Below, in pieces: positions 10,749 through 22,462 of a stretch of 64,000 bases of DNA. The translations under genes were made by a program, and so were the position numbers. Numbering within the stretch: position 1 is the stretch's first letter; each line of letters starts with the position of its first letter. Location: NCBI RefSeq assembly GCF_963921235.1, contig NC_086097.1, positions 89,778,001 through 89,842,000 on the forward strand, read 5' to 3'. The notes beneath the pieces are model-generated. The model saw nothing but the letters and a program-made list of their open reading frames with translations, was not told the origin of the DNA and made no database searches. Source of the DNA: Mobula hypostoma (taxonomy: Eukaryota).

Positions 10749-12164
10749 CAAACCCCATTTCCAGAAAAGTTGGGGGATATTTTCCAAAATGTAATAAAAA
10801 CAAAAACCTGTGATATGTTAATTCACGTGAACCTTTATTTAACTGACAAAAGTACAAAGGAAAGATTTTTAATAGTTTTACTGACCAACTTAATTGTATT
10901 TTGTAAACATACACAAATTTAGAATTTGATGGCTGCAACACACTCAATAAAAGTTGGGACAGAGGTATGTTTACCATTGTGTTACATCACCTTTCCTTTT
11001 AATAACACTTTTTAATCATTTTGGAACTGAGGATACTAATTGTAGTAGATTTGCAATTAGAAATTTTGTCCATTCTTGCTTGATATAAGACTTCAGTTGC
11101 TCAACAGTCCGTGGTCTCCGTTGTCTGATTCTCCTCTTCATGATGCGCCATACGTTTTCAATAGGAGATAGATCTGGACTGGCAGCAGGCCAGTCAAGCA
11201 CACGCACTCTGTGTCTACAAAGCCACACTGTTGTAGCCCGTGCAGAATGTGGTCTGGCACTGTCCTGCTGAAATAAGCACGGACGTCCTGGGAAGAGACG
11301 TCGCCTTGATGGCAACATATGTCTCTCTAAAATCCTAATATACGCCTCAGAGTCAATGGTACCTTCACATACATGCAACTCACCCATGCCATGGGCACTG
11401 ATGCGCCCCCATACCATCACAGATGCTGGCTTTTGCACCTTTCGCTGATAACAATGTGGATGGTCATTTTCATCTTTGGCACGGAGAACTCGACGCCCGT
11501 TTTTTCCAAAAACTAGCTGAAATGTGGACTCATCTGACCACAGTACACTGTTCCACAGTCTTTCAGTCCATCTGAGATGAGCTCAGGCCCAGAGAACTTG
11601 CCAGTGTTTCTGCATAGAGTTGATGTATGTCTTCCTACTTGCGTAATACAGTTTCAAGTTGCATTTCTGGATGCAGCGACAGACTGTGTTGAGTGACAAT
11701 GGTTTTCCAAAGTACTCCCGATCTTGCGTTGAGAAATGTTCCTTTTGAACTGACTAACAATTCTCTCACAAATTTTGGCACAAAGGGGTGAGCCATGACC
11801 CATCCTTGCTTGCAAAGACTGAGCCTTTGATGGACGCTACTTTTATACCCAGTCATGATACCTCACCTGCTACCAATTAGCCTGCTTAATGTGGAGTCTT
11901 CCCAACCGATGTTACTTGAATATTCTGTGCACTTTTCAATCTTATTTTAACTCTGTCCCAACTTTTGTTGAGTGTGTTGCAGCCATCAAATTCTAAATTT
12001 GTGTATATTTACAAAATACAATTAAGTTGGTCAGTAAAACTATTGAAAATCTTTTCTTTGCACTTTTGTCAGTTAAATAAAGGTTCACGTGAATTAACAT
12101 ATCACAGATTTTTGTTTTTATTGCATTTTGGAAAATATCCCAACTTTTCTGGAAATGGGGTTTG
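10749..12164 (-). mobile_element. Tc1/mariner DNA transposon, IR/DR type, internally deleted
   Basis: ~215-bp TIRs (10749-10964 / 11951-12164) starting CAAACCCCATTTCC; TA on left; AAAAGTTGGG repeated at both ends of each TIR. Confidence 0.95.
11016..11803 (-). pseudogene. Tc1 DD34E transposase, disrupted
   Basis: Start MGHGSPLCAK at 11803, LWSDEST, FQQDSARPH, WPAASPDLSPIENVW (34 aa between D and E); N-terminal DNA-binding region looks largely deleted near 11720. Confidence 0.92.
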
Positions 12165-13486
12165 TTACATGTATATAGTTAAATGATAAAAAAACTTGAC
12201 TTTACTTGAAGTATGAGGTGTTGCTCCTCCAACTTGAGTGTGGCTTCATCATGGCAGTAGAGGAAGCCATGGACTGACAGGACAGAATGTAAATGGGAAG
12301 TTGCATTGAAATGAGTGGCCACTGGAAAATCCTGCCTTTTGTGGTGGAGGTGCAAAAGTAGGGAACTACTGTCAACTCAGACATCTCTGAGAAAGTGCAA
12401 ATGATTGACCTGCTATAACAGTGACACCATGGTATTCACTTACAGGTAATCGAGTCTATACATTGCTCACTATAACCACATTTTTTGCAACATGCAAAAT
12501 AATCCCTTAAAAAATAAACTCTGCTTTTGTACAAAAATCACTAAGTCATGATCTTCCAGTAACTTTTAAAGGCACATACCCAACATTGGTCTAATGCTCC
12601 AATTTCAAAACACCTGAATTTGTCAGTCAATAATATTCCTAGCAAAAAATATTTGACTGCCAGTCTATGTTAATGCTGCATCTAAGCCTCCCACGGCCCC
12701 TTTTATCTGAGTCTATCAGTCCTGCGCTCACTCACATCTATCTGCATTTTCTCAATATTGCTACTAAAGTAAACTTAATCACTGGAATCTTCCAATGCCT
12801 AATAACAGTTGTCTTTCAATCAGAACTTTACCTATTTAATGACATTATTAAATCTAATCTCTGACAACCCATCGTAATATCCCAGCCAGCTATTCAAGAA
12901 ACGTACTCAATAAGAATTCTGACTTCCTAATGGCATGACCTTTGGCTGATTCTACACACTGTCATTCAGAAAGGGATTAATTGGCGAAAAATTGTGCATT
13001 GTTAATCTTTAGATTAGAACAAGCCCTGTCTAAACCTGTATTCTTATCTAACAGGCCATTGCAAAATTAGCAGCCTGTTTACTGTTAGAATGGCTTGTTG
13101 CTGGATGGGAATGGAATTACTGCTTTTGCTTAACCAGCAATGAACTTTGCAAGGGATTACATCTGTCTTCAGGGCCAACAGAAACAAGATAGCAGTGCAG
13201 CTCGTCAAAGAAATTGCATTCATGACTCATAATTGGTCTGTGCTTAGAATGTCATCAAGGATATTTGTTTTTGGGAGAAGCTTTATTTAGCCTCTCCAAT
13301 TCTAGTTTTCCTGTCTCCCACTCCAAGGTTATTGCGTGACAACCATTAAGAGGTAGTTTGAGGCCCTAAACTGACATTCTCCCTCCTACAATAACTTCCA
13401 TTTACACAGTTCTGATGGAATGTCTTAACAATACCTTATGTTACTGTGATTTTTGAAGCCTCAAAGTTTCGAGAGAATCTTTCTAG

Positions 13487-13745
13487 TCAAAGTCAAGTTT
13501 ATTTATAGATGCACAAGTACATGTCTGCACAGGTGCAATGAAAAACTTACTTGAGGTAGCATCACAGGCATCATAACATCAGATAAGCAACATTTACAAG
13601 AAACGCAAGTTTTACAAGAAAAGAAAACATAGTTAGAACAAAACAAAGTCCGATTTAGTGTGAAGTGATTAGAGTCTCGTGATCTTGTGACGGTTGGTTC
13701 AAGCACCAAATGGTTGAAGGGAAGTAGCTGTTCTTCAGCTTGGTT
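13487..13745 (-). mobile_element. Rex/L2-type 3' UTR fragment (same family at 41990-42200)
   Basis: Reverse tail gtcaaagtcaagtttattt; shares caggtgcaatgaaaaacttactt...catcacaggca with 42030-42070. Confidence 0.6.
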
Positions 13746-13949
13746 TTGTGTTGCATATGCGAGAGATGATCAGAGAATGATAGGGTGGAGAAGGGAATTA
13801 TTTGGTCAAGTACCAGTCTTTTGGAATGTCCCAGTTTTCCTGCAGCTCTCCCTGCCTTGCAATTCTTTCCCTTCAAGCTTATATTGAGGTACCTTCTAAA
13901 GGTTGCTATTGAATCTATCTGTCACCAGCCAGCCTCTGTCTCTATCTAA

Positions 13950-14175
13950 ACTCGTGCCTTCTCCAGCTACCTACACGCCTCTTCACCTGGATGTACTTAA
14001 CTGCTTCCCAGCTCTTGCTCCAACCCTTCCCCTCACCTCTTTATACTGCCTACCTTTGCTCCACTCATTCAGTCCAGGTGAAAGGTCCCAACCTGAAACA
14101 GAAACTATCCATTACCCTCCACAGATGCTACCAGACCCGCTGAGTTACTCCAGCATTTTGTTTTTAGCTCTAGAT
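13950..14175 (+). mobile_element. PLE 3' terminal fragment
   Basis: cagtccaggtgaaaggtcccaacctgaaac (decayed hammerhead) followed by cagatgctaccagacccgctgagttactccagcattttg. Confidence 0.75.
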
Positions 14176-14431
14176 TTATATGGTTCCCAATGACATCCAT
14201 GCCAACCATAAATAATGGCTGCTGGTACAAATCCTGTAATTCACTCTCAAGATGTGAGGGACTGACCCAAAAGCAGATGGGTCAGGGTCAGGACAGTTCA
14301 GATGACGTCTGATCCCACCTTGCAGGCAGAGGATAAGAGAGGGGACTAGAGGGAGAGGGAGGGGAAGAGATTATGAGATTACCAGTATGTAAAGCCCATC
14401 CCCATTTCCCTTAGAACAAGAAGTGGTGGAT

Positions 14432-15119
14432 TAGATTAGATTAGATTATGAGGACACGCAGTCCTCTTTTATTGTCATTTAGTAATGCATGCATTAAGAA
14501 ATGATACAATTTGTTCCTCCAGAATGATATCACAGAAACACAAGACAAATCAAGACTAAAACAAACTGACAAAAACCACATAATTATAACATATAGTTAC
14601 AACAGTGCAAAGCAATACTGTAATTTGATAGAAGAACAGATCATGGGCATGGTAAAAAAGTCTCAAAGTCTTTGAAGGTCCCACCATCTCACGCAGATGG
14701 TAGAAGGAAGAAAAACTCTCCCTGCCATGAGCTTCCAGTGCCGCAAACTTGCCGATGCAGAATCCTGGAAGCACCCGACCACAGTCCGACTCCGAGTCCG
14801 TCCAAAAACTTCGAGCCTCCGACCAGCTCTCCGACACCGAGCACCATCTCTGCCAAGCGCTTCGACCCCGGCCCTGGCAACAGGCAATAGGCAAAGCCGA
14901 GGATTTGGGGCCTTCCCCTTTGGAGATTCTCGATCGCACTGTAGCAGCGGCAGCGAAGCGGGCATTTCAGAAGTTTCTCCAGATGTTCCTCCGTGCTTCT
15001 CACGGCTGTCTCCATCAAATCAGGATTGTGCACGGCATCCTACTTCACAGATACGATATCAATTCAGAGCAGCCGTGAGCGCTGCATCGCGCCGCCATCT
15101 TCTCCTCCCCTCCTCCAGC
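14432..15119 (-). mobile_element. Family X full-length copy 3 with 13-bp TSD
   Basis: Flanked by AGAAGTGGTGGAT (14419-14431) and AGAGGTGGTGGAT (15120-15132); tail (TAATC)n; head GAGGAGAAGATGGCGGCG. Confidence 0.9.
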
Positions 15120-15297
15120 AGAGGTGGTGGATGTGGTTTTGATTTCAATGTTTATGAGATATTTGGATAAGTACATGGATGGGAGGGGTATGGAGGGCTA
15201 TGATCCAGGTGTGAGTTGGTGGGGCTATGCAGAATAATAATTTGGCATGGACAAGATGGGCCAAAAGGCCTCTTCTGTGCTGTAGTGTTCTATGTCT
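15120..15297 (+). mobile_element. CR1 3' end
   Basis: ttggataagtacatggatgggagggg...gggccaaaaggcctcttctgtgctgtagtgttctatg. Confidence 0.8.
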
Positions 15298-15434
15298 CTC
15301 AGGAGGGAACCATGAGGTTAAGGGGTTATCAGGCATTGATTGCTAAGGGACCGGGAGGTGTAAAGCGTAAGGGAGCTGAGAGAGATAAGGACTGAGGGAA
15401 AGAGAGTTAGAAAGACAGATAAGGGAGGTTCAGT

Positions 15435-15670
15435 AGAACATAGGACAGTCTATCATGGGAACAGGCCCTTTCGACCTCTGGTCTGTGCCAAACACAATGC
15501 TGAATTAAACTAATTACCTTATGCTGGGTCCCTATCCTTCCATTCCCTGCATAGTCACGTATTTATCTGGTTCCATCACTACCCCTGCCACTCTTTCACT
15601 CTCTGTGTGAGAAAACTTGCCCCCACACACCTCCTTTAAAACCTCCCCCTCCCAACTTAAATGCGTGCCC
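15435..15670 (-). mobile_element. CR1 3' end, degraded
   Basis: tagaacatagg..acaggccctttcg..ctctgtgtgagaaaacttgccc is the reverse of the CR1 terminus. Confidence 0.65.
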
Positions 15671-15753
15671 AGAAATAGACCAAGGAGTGGTCATTAAGGG
15701 GAGAGAAAGGAACAGAATAGAGGACTGAGGGAGAAGATGCAGGCAAGATCGTG

Positions 15754-15755
<2 letters not shown>

Positions 15756-15793
<38 letters not shown>
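15756..15793. repeat. (GT)n microsatellite
   Basis: Perfect GT run. Confidence 0.95.
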
Positions 15794-15794
<1 letters not shown>

Positions 15795-15989
15795 CCATTC
15801 ACACTGAAAACATGTGTGCAACAAAGCTTTGTGCCCAGAATCTTTGACCGCCTTATCATTGGACCAAGACCGCACTCTCTCAAGTCCATGACACAGCTGG
15901 TGAGCAATGGCCACTCTTCTAAAAAGATTCGCGCACTGTCATGATCACCTCCTCAAAACGGGAGGAAAAGCAAACCATCATCAGCCACA

Positions 15990-16230
15990 AGGGACAGTTT
16001 GAGTCAGGGTGTCCTATGTTTGAAGTCACACATCAGAGACTGCTATTCAGTATAAAGTTCTGGTGCATGTCCTGAGGAAATGTTATTTCTTTTGGAAGAG
16101 ATGTTAAAATAGGATGCAATCTGTCTCTTAGGTGAATGTGTAAATTCTCATGGCCCTATTCTGAAGAACTGGTCAACCATTTCCAGTCTTCCCTCTCTCT
16201 CTCAGTGGAAAAACTACAAGATAATGGCTC
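15990..16230 (+). mobile_element. Ancient Deu-domain SINE remnant (SacSINE1/AmnSINE-like)
   Basis: gagatgttaaaatagg...tctgtctcttaggtgaatgtgtaaattctcatggccctattctgaagaa resembles the Deu core as recalled. Confidence 0.55.
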
Positions 16231-16559
16231 CTTTGCACTGATAACCAAGAATACTATGTACCCTGCCACGCAGATAAGCTTTCCAGAACAACCTAGCTTT
16301 CCAGAGAATTCAGCCACAAGGCCAATAATCTGTCTATCATATAATGACTGGAGCCCTTATTTACACAGCAGTCTCCGCCTAAATCCATTAAGTGGCTCTT
16401 TATGGCTTCATCTTATCGGCCGCTGTTTTTTTCCACGGTGGAGATTAGATCTGATTCACACCAGGCCAGCCACCAGAAGCTGGTCATCTCCGGACAGACC
16501 TGAACAGCCCACCCCCCTCCCTGGACATGTTCAGAGACTGACAGATGGTGATCACCAGC

Positions 16560-16700
16560 AGTAACTCCCAGGTTCTTCTTCAATCAGATGTTTTTATATC
16601 TACCTGAGAGAGCAGATGGGCCTCAGTTTAATCTCTCATCTTGTCAGTGCTATGCTAGAGTATAAGTCTATACTTAGGGTGAAGTTTCTGGGTAGGGTTC
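16560..16700 (-). mobile_element. Ancient Deu-domain SINE remnant
   Basis: Reverse strand gatgagagattaaactgaggcccatctgctctctcaggtagatataaaaa..tgaagaagaacctgggagtt. Confidence 0.65.
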
Positions 16701-16914
16701 TACAACAATAGCATACAAATTAGGAGTAGAATTAGGCACTTATATCTTGCTTCACCATTTAATAAGCTCTTGGATGGTCTGGCTGTGGCCTCCACATTCC
16801 CACCTACCCCCGGTAATCTGTCACCCCTTGCTTATCAAAAATCTATCCACCTCAACAATTCTGCCTCAACTTAACTTGAGTGTTACAAAGATCTACTGCC
16901 CTCTGTGAGAAAGT

Positions 16915-17330
16915 TTGCAAGACTTACATTTATACAATCATGTTTAAGACTGCAAAACACCCATGGTACTTCACAAGAGAATTCCCGGGCAATCCATGGC
17001 ATCAGGACACATGAAGAGCTATTAGGGAGAGATGCCAAAAACAGAGGTAGGTCTGAAGGAATACCTTAGGAGAAAGGAAAAGTGGCAGCGTGCTCTCCGG
17101 TGGTAATTAAAGAGCTTAGGGCCCAGGCAGCTGAAAACACAGGGTGCCAGAGGTAGGGCATTTAAAGCTGGCCAAAATTAAAGGAACTTCAACTTTGCCC
17201 TAAATCTAAAACCTGAAAAGCAGGACGGGGAGGTACCTGGGGTGAGTGGACATCAGCAACATCAGGGTTGTCACGTGGACTCCACTAAGCAGAAGGATTT
17301 GAAACCATGAGAGGGCCAACTCATTAACAA
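16915..17330 (-). mobile_element. Ancient L2 LINE 3' remnant
   Basis: caagacttacatttatac...gagcttagggcccaggcagctgaaa resembles reversed L2 3' ends. Confidence 0.45.
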
Positions 17331-17377
17331 GGAATCATTGAAATCTGTGGCATTGAAGAGGTTCTTAATCGTTAGTG

Positions 17378-17840
17378 AATCTGAATCAGAATCAGGTTTA
17401 CTATCACGGGCATGTGACGTGAAATTTGTTAATTTAGCAGCAGCAGTTCAATGCAATACATAATCTAGCAGAGAGAGACAAAAAATAATAAATAAAATAA
17501 AACAATAAATAAACAAGTAAATCAGTTATGTATATTGAATAGATTTTTTTTAAATGTGCAAAGAGAGAAATACTGCATATTAAAAAAGTGAAATAGTGTC
17601 CAAAGCTTCAATGTCCATTTAGGAATCGGATGGCAGAGGGGAAGAAACTGTTCCTGAATCGCTGAGTGTATGCCTTCAGGCTTCTGTACCTCCTACCTGA
17701 TGGTAACAGTGGGAAAAGGGCATGCCCCGGGTACTGGAGGTCTTTAATAATGGACGCTGCCTTTCTGAGACACCGCTCCCTAAAGATGTCCTGGGTACTT
17801 TGTAGGCTAGTACCCAAGATGGAGCTGACTAGATTTACAA
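17378..17840 (-). mobile_element. Rex1/Babar 3' fragment, well preserved
   Basis: ORF 17608-17847: RCLRKAASIIKD..YPGHALFPLLPSGRRYRSLKA.T.RFRNSFFPSAIRFLN; (CTGATT)n tail. Confidence 0.9.
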
Positions 17841-18239
17841 AAGCCATGGAGGAACTCAGCAGGGAAATCTATGTTATAGTTGAAACATTGGCTGTCCATT
17901 TCCCTCCAGAGGTGCTACCTGGCCCATTGAGTTCCTCCAGGGTTTATGTGTTGCTCATAATCCATTGTGTCTATCAAGCTGGAAAAGCAAAATTGAGACC
18001 AAGTCCATACCCTCACAGGTTACAATGCAAAGTGATCTTCCAAACTGATAGGGGGGTCTGTCTCCATCAGCCTTTCAGGCAGCCAGTTCCTGGTCTTTAC
18101 TATTGCTTGAGTGAAAACTATTTTCCTCCACTCCACTCCAATCTTTCACCCTACGTCCATGCTCACTCATTTTTGATCTCATTGTGAAGTATATCTTTCG
18201 GATTCACTATGTCTGGACACCTCATACTTTTATACAGAG

Positions 18240-18790
18240 AATCATGGGGTCGTACAGTCATGAACCCAGGAAAAAGGCTCTGCACCAACCTATCTTTTCC
18301 TGCCAAACCTACATAGTCCCAGTTGTCTGTGTTTGATCAATATCATACTGAGCATTTCTATTCATTTACCCATTTAAATGTCTTTGTAATGTTGTAATTG
18401 TACCCACCTCTACAGCTTTTTTCTGACAGTTTGCTCCATATTCCCACCACCCTCTGTGTGAAAACCCTTTTAAACCCTTCCCCTCTCAACTGCAACTGAT
18501 TTCCACCGATTTTATGATTCCAGGAAAAAGACTGTGAGCATTCACCTTATCTATGCCCCTCATAACTTTATAAGCCGCCATAAGGTCACCCATCAGTCTC
18601 CTATGCTCCAAAAAAAAATCCCAATAAATACAGCCTCTCCTTATAACTCAAGCCTTCCGGTTCCAGAAACATCTTCGCGAATCATTTCTGCACCCCTTCC
18701 TGCTTAATGTCCAGAAACATCTTCGCGAATCATTTCTGCACCCCTTCCTGCTTAATGGCTCTATAGCTGAGTGACCAGAACTTGACTTAC
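18240..18790 (-). mobile_element. CR1 3' fragment with an internal perfect 48-bp tandem duplication
   Basis: Reverse CR1 terminus (caccctctgtgtgaaaa, ctatgcccctcataactttata); 18662-18709 equals 18710-18757. Confidence 0.75.
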
Positions 18791-18880
18791 AGCCCTTTTT
18801 TAAGTAAAGGCATAACATTTACCACCCTCCACTCTTCCAGTGTACCTTGATTCAATCTCAACCTTGTTAATTCTTCCATG

Positions 18881-19564
18881 AGAGGGGAAGAGAAGATGGC
18901 GGCGTGACGCAGTGCATGCGGCTGCTTGGAAATGATATCGTATTTGTTAAATAGGTACCATGCACAATCCTGATTTGATGGAGACGGATGTTAGAAGCAC
19001 AGAGGAACATCTGGAGAAACTTCTGAAATGCCTGCTTCGCTGCTGCTGCTACTGTGCGATCGAGAATCTCCAGAGGGGAAGGGCCCAAATCCTCGGCTTT
19101 GCCTATTGCCTGTTGCCGGGGCCGGGGTTGAAGCACTCAGCAGAGATGGTACTCGATGCTTGGTGTCGGAGGGCTGGTCGGAGGCTCGAAGTTTTCAGAC
19201 GGACTCAAGAGTCAGCTGTGGTCAGGTGCTTCCAGGGTACTGCATCGGCAAGTTTGCGGTGCTGGAAGCTCCTGGCAGGAAGAGAGTTTCTCTTCCTTCT
19301 ACTGTCTGCATGAGATGATGGGTCTTTTGAGAGACTTTGAGACTTTTTTTTACTGTGCCCATGGTCTGTTCTTCATTAAATTATAGTATTGCTTTGCACT
19401 GTTGTAACTATATGTTATAATTATGTGGTTTTGTCAGTTTTTTTAGTCTTGGTTTGTTTGGTGTTTCTGTGATATCTTTCTGGAGGAACATTGTATCATT
19501 TCTTAATGCATGCATTACTAAATGACAACAAAAGAGGACTTCGTGTCCTCATAATCTAATCTAA
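18881..19564 (+). mobile_element. Family X full-length copy 4
   Basis: Head agaggggaagagaagatggcggcg; tail gaggacttcgtgtcctcataatctaatctaa. Confidence 0.9.
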
Positions 19565-19879
19565 ATGTAACTAAAGTTCCTCAGCATCCCCTCTGTCCTC
19601 TCCAGTACCATTGCATCTTTCCTGTAGCTATGTGCAGCAACCCAACTGTAACTACTAAATACTTAGTGCAATCCAAGCATGACCTTGAGATCAAATCTCA
19701 CCATGGCAGCTGTGCAATTTAAATTCATGCCATTATATGTAACATTGATAATAGTGATCCTGAAAACATTGACTGCATTGCTTTCAGGGCTATCTCGTTA
19801 ATTAGAGAAGGAAAACTGCCATTCTTGCCTTCTATAGTCTATAAGTGACTCCAGACTCATCCATGTGGCAAGCAAGGTA

Positions 19880-20460
19880 CAGCTCTTGGTCACCTCTGTA
19901 TAACCTCCTTTAACCATGACTCCACCAACCAGCATCTAGGACGGTATATCTCCTACATTATCCTAGAACTCATCACTTCAGGAGATCTCTCTTCCAACCT
20001 GATGCTTCCTCAACCCCACACTGACAATTTCCATCTCCTACCCTAGATTCACAAACAAGACCGACCTGGAAAGCCCATTGTTTCTGCCTGCTCTTGTCCC
20101 ACTGAACTCATCTCTTCATTCTTTGATACTGTCTTGTCTCTCGCCCTTCTTGTCCAGTCTCTTCTACCTGCATCCAGTCTCTAAACACTTCCATCCTTAT
20201 AATAAAAGTCTTAGCTTCTTTATCTGCCCAACTCCACTCTACTAACATTCTTTTCCATGTGACAGAACTGTCTTTAACCTTAATGACTTCCCTTTTTATT
20301 CCTGCCACTTTATATAAATGAAAGACACAACTATGGGCGTGAATAAGGATGACAAGCTGCACCTCCTTCTTTAATAGCTACACAGAAGTCCTTTTGTCTG
20401 GCACTACTCCTGAAGTCTTCACCCACTATATCAATAACAGCTTTGGTGCTGTTGCCTGCA
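19880..20460 (+). mobile_element. Degraded PLE reverse-transcriptase fragment
   Basis: 20030-20110 encodes LP.IHK.D.PG.PIVSACSCPTELIS, a typical PLE RT motif. Confidence 0.75.
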
Positions 20461-20633
20461 AGTCCATGAAGAGTTCAAGGCTCACCAACTGATTGATTCC
20501 TTAGTGTGGTGTAATTAAGGATGGACAATAAGCAACATGCTTTCATGCTTTCCACATCCTTTAGTCAATATACTGCATAAAATACGTTGCAATAAATAGA
20601 TATTTCCTATGGGTTTCCTTAAACTGCTAACAT

Positions 20634-20920
20634 TTTTTTTTTGCGTGCCGCACCAGACAGTCAGCCATTCTTGTCTGGCGCGTGGTGTCGGGATTGGTCT
20701 CCTTTCGGATTAACCAGGTCACGACATGAACATTCCCGACTCAACCCCTCTTTTTCACGAGGCCGAGTAGCTAGCTCAATGCTCAATCTGGCACGGATGG
20801 AAAGCGTGCTCGGGAGGGGGGGTGGTGGCCCGACTTGGATTCGAACTCAGGAGCCTTCGCTCCGGAGTCCAGCGCTGATGCCACTGCGCCACCAGCAGGG
20901 CAGGGCAAAAAACAAACACG
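20634..20920 (-). mobile_element. tRNA-derived poly(A)-tailed SINE with 10-bp TSD
   Basis: A box TGGCGCAGTGG and B box GAGTTCGAATCC on the minus strand; A-tail; TSD CTGCTAACAT at 20624-20633 and 20921-20930. Confidence 0.9.
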
Positions 20921-21059
20921 CTGCTAACATAGGGGATTGGTTAACATGTCCCACAACATTTCTAAATACCTTCTGCCTTGTTAGCCCACCTTTGACCTCA
21001 TTTTCCTGAAGACTAGAATTCAACTTGTTCCTTCGTTACAGTCTAACTTCTCTTACTTT

Positions 21060-21746
21060 CTCTGAAAGTAAGCACGCAGGTACAGCAGGCAGTGAAGAAA
21101 GCTAATGGTATGTTGGCCTTCATAACAAGGGGAGTTGAGTATAGGAGCAAAGAGGTCCTTTTGCAGTTGTACAAGGCCCTGGTGAGACCACACCTGGAAT
21201 ATTGTGTACAGTTTTGGTCTCCAAATTTGAAGAAGGACATTCTAGCTATTGAGGGAGTGCAGCGTAGGTTCACGAGGTTAATTCCTGGGATGGCGGGCCT
21301 GTCATATGTTGAAAGATTGGAGTGGCTGTGGTTGTATACACTGGAAATTAGAAGGATGAGAGGCGATCTGATTGAAACATGTAAGATTATTAAAGGATTG
21401 GATACGCTAGAGGAAGGAAACATGTTCCCAATGTTGAGGGAGCCCAGAACCAGGGGCCACAATTTGAGAATAAGGGGTAGGCCATTTAGAACGGAGTTGA
21501 GGAAAAACTTTTTCACACAGAGGGTTGTGGTTCTGTGGAATACTCTGCCTCAGAAGGCAGTGGAGGCCAATTCTCTAGATTCTTTTAAGAAAGAGATAGA
21601 GCTCTTAAAGATAGCGGAGTGAAGGGATATGGGGAGAAGGCAGGAAAAGGGTACTGATTGTGGATGATCAGCCATGATCACAGTGAATGGTGGTGCTGGC
21701 TCAAAGGGCTGAATGGCCTACTCCTGCACCTATTGTCCATTGTCTA
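21060..21746 (+). mobile_element. CR1 3' fragment, young
   Basis: ORF 21092-21622 [39 protein letters not shown]; tail ctattgtccattgtcta. Confidence 0.95.
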
Positions 21747-22382
21747 ACCAGTCCATCTATAACATCCCACAGTCAGAAACAGTTAAGTCCTCTATTGGTA
21801 GACGTTGATGTGCATAGTCCCTACCATCTGTTATGAACATATTTGCAATTTCAATGACTCAGTGCTGTAGAAACATTGAATTTTCTAGGTAGGGAAATTT
21901 CACTTAGTTGTGCTTGTGACACTTAGACAGTTGTGCAATGTTGTGATAGCAGAGCAGGTGACTAACTGCAAACAATCCCTATCAAAGTTGATAACTGACC
22001 CAAACCTGAGTCCAGGAAAATCCCTGAGACAGAGTGTTTAAAGAACCACAGGTCTAAAGGCATTTGTTCTTTCCAAGCACTCTACACTTACCAAGTCATG
22101 GATGAAATTGCTCGCACATTGAGAGGACTTTTAAGCTCCAGGGCCAAGATAGGAATCAGAGCGAAGGGAGGCAAAAAATGGTTGACTTGGAGAGCAGTAA
22201 CAGAATTAATTCCAACATGCCAAATACCCAGGCTGACATAGATTAGAATTGGAAGCCCTGCAAGGTGGAAGCTCAGTATATTTGCATCACTTTACAAAAA
22301 GACTTGAAGTGGGCAATTAGGATTAGTACTGATGGGCAAAAAGGTAGGCATGGATGTAGGGCCTATTTCTGACCTACCAATG

Positions 22383-22462
22383 GAGAGGTTCATAACCTGG
22401 GGTCTATAGACCGTTCAGTTAATTGTAAGGCTCCATGGCATAAAAAAAGATTGGGAACCCCT
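22383..22462. mobile_element. ~80-bp hAT-type MITE, second copy
   Basis: gaggttcataacctggggtc...ccatggcataaaaaaagattgggaacccct is homologous to 3784-3862. Confidence 0.65.

Larger units (their letters stand above)
10316..12209 (+). mobile_element. Rex1/Babar 3' fragment inserted in the PLE and itself interrupted by Tc1
   Basis: RTVRTAERI.EVSLPSI, LPSGRR, RMRNSFFPEAIRLLN; tail aaatgataaaaaaacttgactttacttg. Confidence 0.85.

Noticed and set aside
20820..20900. tRNA gene
   Set aside because: The A/B boxes belong to a SINE head with body, A-tail and TSD; the same applies at 36727, 37950 and 57168.
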